64,000 nt of DNA from NCBI RefSeq assembly GCF_052425735.1, contig NC_135761.1, forward strand, positions 64,356,001 through 64,420,000, read 5' to 3'. Every line of letters starts with the position of its first letter. Positions within the stretch are counted from its first letter, which is position 1. A program made the translations under genes and the position numbers. The notes beneath the pieces are model-generated. The model did no database searches. It had not been told where the DNA came from and saw only the letters and a program-made list of their open reading frames with translations. Origin of the DNA: Oculina patagonica (taxonomy: Eukaryota). Positions 32,989 through 41,827 of the stretch are shown piece by piece.

Positions 32989-34061
32989 AGAAAAAGAAAA
33001 AGGATGAGAAGATACTTTCGGACTACCACGATCCCAGTCAACCGGGTAGCTTGGGTGGGATAGCAAGATTCGCCAAATCGCACAAGATATCCGTCGACAC
33101 AGCCAAAAAAGTATTGGAGCGCGATTTGGGTTATACCCTTCACAAACCGCGCAGACGTCGTTTCGCCACGTTACCGGTCCTGGTGTTTAACGTCGACCAA
33201 CAGTGGGTAGCCGATTTAGTGGAAACGCAACCGTTGTCCAAATACAACAAGGGTCACAGATATCTACTCAACGTGATCGACGTCTTGTCTAAATATGCCT
33301 GGGTGGAACCCCTAAAAGACAAGACGGGAAAAACGGTGTCGGACGCCTTTGCCAAGATTTTGAAACGAGCCGATGGACGCAAACCTCAGAACCTACAGAC
33401 CGACGACGGGAAAGAATTTTACAACAACACGTTTGCCGCGTTGATGAAACGGGAAGGTATCCACCACTTTTCCACGGCCGGAGATACCAAAGCCAGCATC
33501 GTGGAACGCTTCAACCGCACTCTCAAGGAACGCATGTACCGATACTTTACCGCCAAGAACACGCTGAGCTACCTACCCGTACTCCAGGCCTTGGTGAAAG
33601 GTTACAACGGATCCCACCATCGTAGCATCGGCACCAGCCCCGAGACAGTGAATGCGAGCAACGAAGGAAAAGTGTGGGAACGTCTGTACGCGAAGAGATT
33701 GTCGTCGGGTAAAAGAGAACGAAAAACCCCGCTAAAAGTAGGAGAACGCGTGAGATTGAACAAGAAATTTCGCACGTTCGAGAAAGGGTATTTACCCGGC
33801 TGGACCGAAGAAGTGTTTGTGATACGAGAGGTGCGTCGGGGACCACCCGTCACGACTTACAAGATCCAAGAGTTGGACGATACCCCCCTTCGCGGTACGT
33901 TTTACAAGGAAGATCTACAAAAAGTGGCAGTGTCCGACGACGATGTCTTCAGGGTGGACAAGATCGTCAAACGAAAAGGAAATAAAGTCTTGGTGCACTG
34001 GAAAGGCTGGCCAGACAAGTACGACAGCTGGATCGAGAAGACGGCTCTAAAAAAATCATGA
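32973..34061 (+). CDS. int: Retroviral-like (rve) integrase with a C-terminal chromodomain
   Basis: DDE triad WVADL / LQTDDGKEF / IVERFNRTLK; chromodomain VLVHWKGWPDKYDSWIE. Confidence 0.97.
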   Translation: MPKKLKKKKKDEKILSDYHDPSQPGSLGGIARFAKSHKISVDTAKKVLERDLGYTLHKPRRRRFATLPVLVFNVDQQWVADLVETQPLSKYNKGHRYLLNVIDVLSKYAWVEPLKDKTGKTVSDAFAKILKRADGRKPQNLQTDDGKEFYNNTFAALMKREGIHHFSTAGDTKASIVERFNRTLKERMYRYFTAKNTLSYLPVLQALVKGYNGSHHRSIGTSPETVNASNEGKVWERLYAKRLSSGKRERKTPLKVGERVRLNKKFRTFEKGYLPGWTEEVFVIREVRRGPPVTTYKIQELDDTPLRGTFYKEDLQKVAVSDDDVFRVDKIVKRKGNKVLVHWKGWPDKYDSWIEKTALKKS

Positions 34062-35089
34062 GCCACGAGGAAGGATTTTACGTCACGTTACCCAGTCACA
34101 GCAGCGGAACCGAGTTTCCAGAGAATAGAGCAAACTCTTTCAAGGTGCGATTACCTCACCCGCTACGATTGGAAGGAACCGGTTGGAAAGTGGGATTGAG
34201 TAGCATTTCCGTGCCAGATGCCAGCATCGACTTAACTCGCTTTAAGTCGTTCAAGTTTCCTCTCTTGAGTGCTCAGTGGATGCTCAAGCGCAAAGACAAT
34301 GAGGGTCGCGTGCAAAGCAAGTCGGTGACCACCGATCTGACGTTCCAAGACATTCTATATGACGACAACATCGTGGATGGCCTCAGTTTCATGAAAGCCC
34401 TGGTCTTCAAGTTCGATCAAGTCAAAGAATACAAGCGTATCGTGGGAGACTTGACCAAGTCGCCCGATAATGGAAAGCAGTGGGAATATACGTTCAAGTG
34501 GGAAGGTGAAGAACTAGTCCTCGACAACTTGAACTTGGACGTCTCGGAAGTGAAAACTGAAGGCGTCCCATACTACATGTCTTTCAACGAGGATTTGGCC
34601 TTTGACATGGGATGGGTAAAAAAGGACGAGAAAGAAAACGTGTTTCTCGGGCCGAACCTGAAGCCGGAATGCCACCACGCTACGATACCCGATCCCATAG
34701 ACGTGGATGATTTTGGAGAGGGCAAGAAAAATTTCTGGGTTGTTGAGAATGGACAGCTTTTCTTGAGTTGCTATTGTAACTGGCGCTTTGTGAAACTCAA
34801 CAGAGCCTTCCAAAAAGTGATTGGAGACGCATCGCGTACGCTTTTCGTTTACTCAGATGTGGGTGGTAGTTCCGTTGTGGGAAATCAAGTCACGGATCTG
34901 TTGCGGGAAATTCACTTTCAACGTGAAGGAAAAGGTATCAAGTACTTTGAACCTCTCCACATACAATATATTCCACTCCGCAACCAGATCGTGGACATTA
35001 TTGAAACGCAAGTGAGCGAGACTACAGGTAAACTGGTGGATTTTGGCGAAGGCAACACGATCGTGACCTTACATATCAAGCGAACATGA
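34058..35089 (+). CDS. Minor capsid protein (penton)
   Basis: FYVTLPSHSS...FPEN.ANSFKVRLP N-terminus and LFVYSD...VG...LLR...YIPL...TIVTLH C-terminus typical of Polinton minor capsid proteins. Confidence 0.85.
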   Translation: MSHEEGFYVTLPSHSSGTEFPENRANSFKVRLPHPLRLEGTGWKVGLSSISVPDASIDLTRFKSFKFPLLSAQWMLKRKDNEGRVQSKSVTTDLTFQDILYDDNIVDGLSFMKALVFKFDQVKEYKRIVGDLTKSPDNGKQWEYTFKWEGEELVLDNLNLDVSEVKTEGVPYYMSFNEDLAFDMGWVKKDEKENVFLGPNLKPECHHATIPDPIDVDDFGEGKKNFWVVENGQLFLSCYCNWRFVKLNRAFQKVIGDASRTLFVYSDVGGSSVVGNQVTDLLREIHFQREGKGIKYFEPLHIQYIPLRNQIVDIIETQVSETTGKLVDFGEGNTIVTLHIKRT

Positions 35090-35343
35090 GAGGCGGTGCC
35101 CTGACGCGTTTCACACCGGATCCTCCACCTCAAGAGGGGAACGGATTTTTGGCCGACATCGTGAGAGAGTCTCTGGGTGGAGCCGTGAGAGGATTTAAGA
35201 GTGGGCGCGACGTCGCGGACCGCATTCGTAAAGCGGGTCAAGGAGCCAAGAGTGGTCCTAAACGAGTCGTGAAACGCAAACTGAAAAACGTCATAGAACG
35301 AAACGTCAAGAGAAAACTGAACGACATCTTTGGCGAAAAATGA
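35086..35343 (+). CDS. Small basic virion core-like precursor
   Basis: MRGG and QEGNG-FL protease-site motifs; ATGA overlaps at both ends. Confidence 0.7.
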   Translation: MRGGALTRFTPDPPPQEGNGFLADIVRESLGGAVRGFKSGRDVADRIRKAGQGAKSGPKRVVKRKLKNVIERNVKRKLNDIFGEK

Positions 35344-35576
35344 ATCCCGTTTACTCGCGATCGTCCAGACTGGTCCGATCCAAACGCGCCCCCGTCAGAC
35401 AGCGGGGAGAAGGATTCTCACTGGCACTTTTGAACCAGGCCTTGTTGGGACAAAAGAGGCGACGACGAAAAGTACAAAAGGGCGGGTGGATAGGTCCCGA
35501 GGTCAGAAAGCCTCCTGGCTACGATTGGATACAGACCTTACGGAAGCGCCGTGGAAGAAGGAAGAGAAGACGATGA
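35340..35576 (+). CDS. Arg-rich virion core-like precursor
   Basis: QRGEG-F and QKGG-W motifs; ATGA overlaps with both neighbours. Confidence 0.7.
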   Translation: MNPVYSRSSRLVRSKRAPVRQRGEGFSLALLNQALLGQKRRRRKVQKGGWIGPEVRKPPGYDWIQTLRKRRGRRKRRR

Positions 35577-36976
35577 CCGAAACCATCTCGAGCGCCTACC
35601 CGCAGTCGAGACGCGAGGCCAATCCTCGATTGGATCTATTCGCCGTACCACCGACAGACGTCAGCGTCTCGTCGTATCGGATGGTCCCCATTCAGACCTA
35701 CACCACAGGCATCAATCCGGTGGAGTTTCAGATCGACCCCCAAGAAGATTACATCGATCTCAGCCGTAGCTTCTTCGAGGTAGAATTGCAACTGAAGAAA
35801 GACAACGATGAAAACGTGGCAGCTGCCGACAAGCTGTGGCCTGTCAACAATCTAGCCCATTCTCTGTTCAAGCAAATCAGCGTGCGTCTCAACGGTACTC
35901 TCATCAGTCCCCAGACGGACACGTACCATTACAGAGCCTTCTTGGAAACGTTGCTGAATTACGACAGACGTGATGGAGAAACCATCTTGAAACCTCAAGG
36001 ATGGTACAATCATATCGATTTCCCAGCCACGTGGACGGACAATAACACAAACACTGCAGCCAACGCTGGAGCTGGACACGCAGACTATGTAGCCCTGACC
36101 GCCAATCACAAGGAGGCTCTCAAGAACTCTAAAGCAGAACAAGCCAATTACACGGAAGGCAAGCGACACGTGTTGCGTTTCAAACCCCTCATCGAAGTGT
36201 TTCATCTGAGCAAGTTGTTGGTACCCAGAGTGCAGATAGGAATACAGATGTACTTCAATTCTCCCGACGTGTTCTTGAACGGAGTGGGTCTGGCAGGAAA
36301 GTTGACGGCCGAGGAAGTCAAAATTCGAATGTACCTGTGTCAAGTGCGTCTCAATCCCACGACGTACAGGAGACTGATGGATGAGATGACCACCAAGAGT
36401 CAAGTGGTGAGTTACCCGACCGTGAGAAGCGAGATTCGGACCTTCAACATGCAGGGAGATCAACGACGGTACGAATGCACCAACTTGTTCCAAGGAAGAA
36501 TTCCCAACCGCGTGATCGTGGGTATGGTACTGTCCACAGCCTTCACCGGGAACGTGGTCAACGATCCCTTCTGTTTTCAGAAGTTTGGAATGAGCAGCAT
36601 AAAACAACTCGTGGGAGGAGAAGAGTATCCTTACGAAACGCTAGAACTGGTTCACAACGATGCCACCAAAGATCTCAGAGGGTACCACCGTTTCTTGCAA
36701 GCCACCGGATGTCTGTGCAAGCAGCAAGGAAACATGGTGAGAGGGGACGATTGGGGACAAGGAAAGAATTGCACGTTGTTCGTGTTCGACAACGTGGCCA
36801 ACGGATGCGTGGACAGTTACAGGATGAACCCCAAGCAAGCCGGAAATCTACTAATAGAGCTGAACTTTGGAGCCAACCCAGCTGTGAACTTGACCATCAT
36901 CGTGTACGGAGAGTTTGAGAATCTCTTGGAGATAGACAAGAACAAAGCCGTGTTGTACGACGTGTACCAGCGTTAG
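35573..36976 (+). CDS. Major capsid protein (double jelly-roll, hexon-like)
   Basis: LDLFAVPPT start motif, YIDLS, NNLAHSLFKQI, LFQGRIPNRVIVGMV, PFCFQ, LFVFD; the likely start is the ATG at 35573. Confidence 0.9.
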   Translation: MTETISSAYPQSRREANPRLDLFAVPPTDVSVSSYRMVPIQTYTTGINPVEFQIDPQEDYIDLSRSFFEVELQLKKDNDENVAAADKLWPVNNLAHSLFKQISVRLNGTLISPQTDTYHYRAFLETLLNYDRRDGETILKPQGWYNHIDFPATWTDNNTNTAANAGAGHADYVALTANHKEALKNSKAEQANYTEGKRHVLRFKPLIEVFHLSKLLVPRVQIGIQMYFNSPDVFLNGVGLAGKLTAEEVKIRMYLCQVRLNPTTYRRLMDEMTTKSQVVSYPTVRSEIRTFNMQGDQRRYECTNLFQGRIPNRVIVGMVLSTAFTGNVVNDPFCFQKFGMSSIKQLVGGEEYPYETLELVHNDATKDLRGYHRFLQATGCLCKQQGNMVRGDDWGQGKNCTLFVFDNVANGCVDSYRMNPKQAGNLLIELNFGANPAVNLTIIVYGEFENLLEIDKNKAVLYDVYQR

Positions 36977-36978
36977 TG

Positions 36979-37548
36979 ATGGAGAAAGTGACTTTGAATA
37001 ACGTGCAATTGGATCAGTTGGCCAGACATCACCCGTCGTTGAAGCCTTATTTTTACGGGACAGTGGCCTGCGATCGATTACCTCGAAAACCATTCAAGAC
37101 GGAAGCCCGCGGGTACATCGTCAACACCGATCCCCACTACATGCGCGGTCGGCATTGGATCGCGCTGTGGACGAATGGAAACGTGTGCGAAGTATTGGAC
37201 AGTTACGCCTTACCCCTAGAAGTGTACCAGACGGCGCAACCGTTGCAAAATTGGTTGGACGATCATTGGACGTACGTGGAGCGCAACGGACAGAGTCTAC
37301 AATCGTTGTACAGTCAGAGCTGCGGCGATTACGCGTTGATGTATCTCATCGATAGGGCCGAAGGACGTAGCATGAGTCAATTCGAAGCGAGATTCAAGAA
37401 ACACGATTACGTGTACAATGATCATAAAGTTGGGCAAATGTTGAAGCAATTGATCTCGAAGGAAAGGTCGTGGCACAAAATTTGTCAGATGGAATACCAT
37501 CAGGATTGTGAACCGTCTCTCTGCGGTGTAAGACACTTGTTGTTGTGA
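36979..37548 (+). CDS. Adenain-like cysteine maturation protease
   Basis: IVNTD...G.HWIAL (His), LDSY (Asp), QS..SQSCG.Y (Gln/Cys). Confidence 0.93.
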   Translation: MEKVTLNNVQLDQLARHHPSLKPYFYGTVACDRLPRKPFKTEARGYIVNTDPHYMRGRHWIALWTNGNVCEVLDSYALPLEVYQTAQPLQNWLDDHWTYVERNGQSLQSLYSQSCGDYALMYLIDRAEGRSMSQFEARFKKHDYVYNDHKVGQMLKQLISKERSWHKICQMEYHQDCEPSLCGVRHLLL

Positions 37549-37681
37549 GATGACAAATAAAAACGTTGAAATGAATAAGGTGTGTGTCGTCTGTCGCTCG
37601 GGAGATCGGGATTCGTTGCAGACTTTTTTTCTGCAACATGCTTATATCATTGCTCGTTTTTTTGACGAATGTCATTTCGCC

Positions 37682-38347
37682 ATGGAGCGCGGTGAAGCCT
37701 TTAGCTTTCGGATGCCCTCTAGCATTTTGATCGTGGGCCCCTCTAGCTGCGGAAAGACTTGTTTTACCGAGTCGGTACTTTTGAATCACTCAAAAGAGTT
37801 GTTTAGTACACCCCCTGAGACCATTCATTACTGTTTTGGGGCTTGGCAAGACGGTTTCGCGAACATGAAAAAGCGAGGCGTGAAATTTCACGAAGGGATT
37901 CCCGAAGAAGTAGATTTGACCAAATGGTTTCCCCGTGGAGGGGTGATGGTATTGGACGATCTGATGGAAGAAGGAGGAAACGACAAGAGAGTATTGGATC
38001 TGTTTACCAAACTTTCCCACCACAGGAACATCACCGTCCTGTACTTGTGTCAAGACATGTTTCCGCCGGGAAAATACGCCAAGAGCATTTCTCGAAATGC
38101 GCATTACATCGTGGCTTTCAAGAACCCTCGCGATCAATTGGGCATGAGGAATTTACTGTTACAAGCGTTTCCCTCCCGATGGCAAGATGTGATGGACGTC
38201 TACACCAAGACGACGGAAAGACCCTTTGGTTACATGGTATTGGATCTACACCCTGCCAGTGGCGACGACAGACGGATTTTTAGCCACCTCTTAAAAGGCG
38301 AGGGATGCATGAGATGTTACAGATTCGTTCGAGATGTTCGTACGTAA
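37682..38347 (+). CDS. A32/FtsK-like genome packaging ATPase
   Basis: Walker A GPSSCGKT, Walker B VMVLDD, SHH.NITV...Q, ISRNAHYI. The upstream in-frame ATG at 37550 overlaps AATAAA signals, so 37682 is the preferred start. Confidence 0.93.
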   Translation: MERGEAFSFRMPSSILIVGPSSCGKTCFTESVLLNHSKELFSTPPETIHYCFGAWQDGFANMKKRGVKFHEGIPEEVDLTKWFPRGGVMVLDDLMEEGGNDKRVLDLFTKLSHHRNITVLYLCQDMFPPGKYAKSISRNAHYIVAFKNPRDQLGMRNLLLQAFPSRWQDVMDVYTKTTERPFGYMVLDLHPASGDDRRIFSHLLKGEGCMRCYRFVRDVRT

Positions 38348-38573
38348 CGATCACGTGTGGCTCGCGTTCTTGGACCTGTGCAGTCGTCATTTCGAGCGTA
38401 TGAGAGAAGAGGACATGGACTACGACGCCATGCAAACCGTGCTACATTTGGCCGAAAAGCGACAGATGTGGAAATTCGTGAGAGAATATAACGAGACTTA
38501 CTTCAGCGAATTGATCCAGACATTAGAAGAGAGAGCTAGAAAAACATGTCAAGACATTCGCCAGCAGGAGTAG
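38334..38573 (+). CDS. Polinton hypothetical protein (79 aa)
   Basis: Overlaps its neighbours within the packed gene block. Confidence 0.55.
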   Translation: MFVRNDHVWLAFLDLCSRHFERMREEDMDYDAMQTVLHLAEKRQMWKFVREYNETYFSELIQTLEERARKTCQDIRQQE

Positions 38574-38947
38574 GAACCAGTCCTAGTGCCATTCCGATCG
38601 TCAACGTCAACCGAGGGGGATTAGAACAGACATTGGATCGAATCGACCCTATAGTCCTAAGACGGTACTTGGATCAATTACCGTCTCCTGCAGTGGGTAC
38701 GGGGACTTTGAGACCTTCTTCCTCGAGACCCAACGTACCTGCAGGTCAAGGAACGCTAACGGGTGGTCCACACCAATTGAATCAAGACGACATGCAACGT
38801 CAATTGCAAATGCTGTTCAACGATCAACGTCAAGTGGCGGCTGGACGTCGCATCGCAGGCATCACCACGACAAACACCATCACTACGACCTATAAAGACG
38901 GGGGACGACCAACCGTTCGTCGTACCTCGACGAGAGTGAGCCATTAA
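38546..38947 (+). CDS. Polinton hypothetical protein (133 aa)
   Basis: ORF within the packed gene block. Confidence 0.6.
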   Translation: MSRHSPAGVGTSPSAIPIVNVNRGGLEQTLDRIDPIVLRRYLDQLPSPAVGTGTLRPSSSRPNVPAGQGTLTGGPHQLNQDDMQRQLQMLFNDQRQVAAGRRIAGITTTNTITTTYKDGGRPTVRRTSTRVSH

Positions 38948-38949
38948 AG

Positions 38950-39444
38950 ATGTCCCTACTAAACGGGTCGAAGACGAACTTGGATCCAGACCTGTTACAC
39001 AGATTGGACGGATTGTATACCTTTTACCACAAAAAGTGGTGGTGTCATCGTCAAATGTTTTACCATTTTAAGTGGTGTCATGCTTCATTGAACGCTTTGG
39101 CTTTGTTCATCGTGGCAGCGGGTATCATTGCGGGTTCCCTTACAGAAAATAGTGTTATTGTGGCATGCCTAACTTCAGCTGGGACTGTCGTCAAGGGCTG
39201 GAACGATTTCAAGAAATATTCGTTCAAAGTGGACGTATGTCGTTTTGCCTACACCAGCTACGACAAGACGTTGATCGAATTGAGAACGTACGCGCGCGGT
39301 CTTCCGATGGACGAACTAGAAGGATTCTTGATCAAGATGCAAACTCTAGATGACACGATCACCGATTTCACGCCGCCCGTGGCCGACAAGTACGTGCAAG
39401 CGTACGAACGACAACACGATAAATCCGAAGGTACCCCCGTCTGA
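38950..39444 (+). CDS. Two-TM membrane protein (SLATT-like topology)
   Basis: Hydrophobic hairpin LNALALFIVAAGIIAG / VIVACLTSAGTVV flanked by helical segments. Confidence 0.65.
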   Translation: MSLLNGSKTNLDPDLLHRLDGLYTFYHKKWWCHRQMFYHFKWCHASLNALALFIVAAGIIAGSLTENSVIVACLTSAGTVVKGWNDFKKYSFKVDVCRFAYTSYDKTLIELRTYARGLPMDELEGFLIKMQTLDDTITDFTPPVADKYVQAYERQHDKSEGTPV

Positions 39445-39462
39445 AGTGACAGTTATGGTAGG

Positions 39463-39684
39463 ATGGGAAGAACGAAACGTAAGGCCAGAAGAAAGAGGCA
39501 GCGAGGTGGGGCTCTCGCGAGACGTAAACATCGTTTGGTGGACAAGATAGCCGAGGGGGCCAGCATGTTTCTCTCGGGTCCTTCACCCACATTCTTCACG
39601 TTGGGTGGTAAATTGGCCAGTCAAGGATTTAAAGGGATAATGGATAATGTAAATCATTATAGACGTAGACCGCGACGACGATAG
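39463..39684 (+). CDS. Arg-rich core-like precursor
   Basis: RQRGG-A motif; basic ends. Confidence 0.65.
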   Translation: MGRTKRKARRKRQRGGALARRKHRLVDKIAEGASMFLSGPSPTFFTLGGKLASQGFKGIMDNVNHYRRRPRRR

Positions 39685-39688
39685 GACC

Positions 39689-39895
39689 ATGAGGAGAAAG
39701 AAACGTGTGACGCAAAGGCGGAGACGTGCTGGCAGGAGAAGAATAGAACAGAAGGGTGGTATTTTACCCTTAGCAGCCTTGATACCAGCTTTGATCGCGG
39801 GTGGAAAAGCAATCGCTTTGGGTGCTGCATCGGGTGCTGCAGGTTGGGGTGCAAAGAAAGCCTTGGATGCAGCCACTCGAAAGAAAAAGAGATAA
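39689..39895 (+). CDS. Adenovirus pX/mu-like core protein precursor
   Basis: Poly-Arg N-terminus, then QKGG-ILPLAALIPALIAG, resembling the GG-ILPLLIP motif of adenoviral pX. Confidence 0.75.
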   Translation: MRRKKRVTQRRRRAGRRRIEQKGGILPLAALIPALIAGGKAIALGAASGAAGWGAKKALDAATRKKKR

Positions 39896-39963
39896 AAACA
39901 CTATAAGAGGATGGGGGCATTGGGCGTCACCGGTAGTTACAACAGACTGCATTCTGTGACAAG

Positions 39964-40167
39964 ATGGTGCGAGGAAGAAAGATAGTAAGGAGAAGACGAA
40001 AACAACCTAAAAGAGGACCCGTGTGGCGAGGAGACGGTTTATTGGACATACTCAAGTTTGCCGGCAAGTTGGGTTATAAATTGGGAAAGGACAAACGCTA
40101 TAAGAGGATGGGGGCAAAGGGCGTCACCGGTAGTTACAACCGACGTCCAGCCCCGTGGGAAGTATGA
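39964..40167 (+). CDS. Arg-rich precursor with an amphipathic peptide
   Basis: WRGDG-LLDILKFAGKLGYKLGK. Confidence 0.65.
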   Translation: MVRGRKIVRRRRKQPKRGPVWRGDGLLDILKFAGKLGYKLGKDKRYKRMGAKGVTGSYNRRPAPWEV

Positions 40168-40499
40168 ATCGATTACGTCGACAGCGTCCGTTCTTGGAGA
40201 GCATTCTGAGAGAAGCCAATCGGTTCAAGCGAGAAGAGATGTTACAGCACGCCAACGCCGATCAGATCAACGCCGTGAGTGAGATGGTATTGAATTTGCT
40301 CAAGAACCGCATTCCGCTCAGTCCACCGATCACCGCCAAGCTGCGACGATATAAGAAGGTCTTACGCGAACTGGGTAAGCGCAGAAACTCGTTGAAGAGA
40401 AGGCGAGAAGGTCTCCTGTCACAGAAGGGTAGCGGGTTTTGGAAAGGACTGCAACAGATCTACCAAGCATGTCTCTGCAAAACACCCTCCAGACAATGA
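40164..40499 (+). CDS. Basic Polinton virion-type protein
   Basis: INAVSE...NLL...KLRRYK..LR.L...KRR..LL-SQKGSG-FW pattern; ATGA overlap with the previous ORF. Confidence 0.7.
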   Translation: MNRLRRQRPFLESILREANRFKREEMLQHANADQINAVSEMVLNLLKNRIPLSPPITAKLRRYKKVLRELGKRRNSLKRRREGLLSQKGSGFWKGLQQIYQACLCKTPSRQ

Positions 40500-40831
40500 T
40501 GAAAATGTTACGCGAATCGGCGGACAGAGAAGCAGAGTGGGAAAAAAGAGCAGACCATTGGCACAAAGCCTACGCCCGCGTCAATCATGACTATTTGGCT
40601 TTAAAATACGACGCAGAGTGCGAAGATTGCATTCGAGAGAGGCAAGAGACTCCGGAAGGAAAGACCCTAGTACTGTGCAAGGAGTGTAGCGACAAGTGTA
40701 CATCGAGAAGCGACTTGAAAAGGCGCATAGACAAGTTAGAAGAGGAAGTTCGTTACTGGCAAGGGTGTTACGAAAGCTTGTTGGAAGAATACTTCAAAGA
40801 TGACCGAGGAAGTCGTGATGGTTCCCGCTAA
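40469..40831 (+). CDS. Coiled-coil protein with two CxxC motifs
   Basis: CEDC...CKEC between heptad-like helices. Confidence 0.55.
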   Translation: MSLQNTLQTMMKMLRESADREAEWEKRADHWHKAYARVNHDYLALKYDAECEDCIRERQETPEGKTLVLCKECSDKCTSRSDLKRRIDKLEEEVRYWQGCYESLLEEYFKDDRGSRDGSR

Positions 40832-41401
40832 AGACTTGAATCGTTTGGTGCAATATTACAAAGGCGAAATCACGGACAATGCATTGTTGAACAAAGCGGC
40901 TCGCATAGCAGCCGAAAGTCACTTGCTGTTAAAAGATAAATCCGTTCCCGATGGTATCGCCGTGGCACGAGTGAAACCTCTCGCTCGCGAACGGGCTCGT
41001 TTGACCAAACGGATACGTCAATTTCCCATGGGAGGAGTAACAGCCAGACGGCCGGGCGAAGAAGCGGGGAGGAGGAGGAGGAGGAGTTGGAGAATGTGGG
41101 TTTGGTGACGGGACCCGTGGAGACCATGTTGAAACAACTCATAAAAGGGAGTGCCAAGAAATCACCTCCCACAGTCACTCCGAAGGCGACAAAGAAAGCA
41201 AAAACGGCACCTGCGGGCAAACCGACATTGGCAGAGAGATTCAAGAGTTTAGAAGAGAAACTAAAGACGAGGAAAAAGCCAGCTGTGCGAAAAACGGAAG
41301 CCGAGAAACTGAAACCATTACCCGGTTGGGAAGATTGGGCCAAAGGCAAAAAGTTGAGACGAAAATTGGAGTATGACGAAGACCAAGAAGAAGAGGACTG
41401 A
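40800..41401 (+). CDS. Single hypothetical gene split by a 1-nt frameshift near 41066-41070
   Basis: Frame 40800 reads ...PGEEAG; the -1 frame continues EEEEE-LENVGLV...; the shift lies in a G run before (GAG)n. Confidence 0.55.
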
Positions 41402-41738
41402 AAAAAAGACGACACGGCGACGACAACGCGGACGTGGGATCGACATTCAGAAGTGGCTCGGGAAGACTGGAATCGAATTTCACTGGCCCGGTTATCAGTA
41501 CATGGGTCCCGGAACCAAATTGGCCAAGCGATTGAAACGCGGGGACCCGGGCATCAATCGATTAGACAAGATCGCCAAACAGCACGACATCGATTACAGT
41601 CACGCCAAGAATCTAAGGGACAAGTGGAAAGCCGACGAGAAAATGATTAAAGCCATCAACAAATTACCTGGAAGTAAAACCATGACGGAACGCATTGTCA
41701 AACGAATCATGCAAGCCAAGAAAAAGTTGAAACTTTAA
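41373..41738 (+). CDS. Parvovirus VP1u-type phospholipase A2 with an Arg-rich leader
   Basis: Ca-loop PGYQYMGPGT, catalytic HD in AKQHDIDY, and KADEKM. Confidence 0.88.
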   Translation: MTKTKKKRTEKKTTRRRQRGRGIDIQKWLGKTGIEFHWPGYQYMGPGTKLAKRLKRGDPGINRLDKIAKQHDIDYSHAKNLRDKWKADEKMIKAINKLPGSKTMTERIVKRIMQAKKKLKL

Positions 41739-41827
41739 TGTTGTTGAACACAATAAAGACGTGGTTAAACGTTTACATGTTGTCGTATGTGCATTCGATC
41801 ACCGACTTGAGCAAACAAACAAAACTC

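Noticed and set aside
35330-35572. 81-aa N-terminal extension of the major capsid protein
   Set aside because: It has a non-ATG start; the region is better explained by the overlapping Arg-rich ORF 35340-35576, with MCP starting at 35573.
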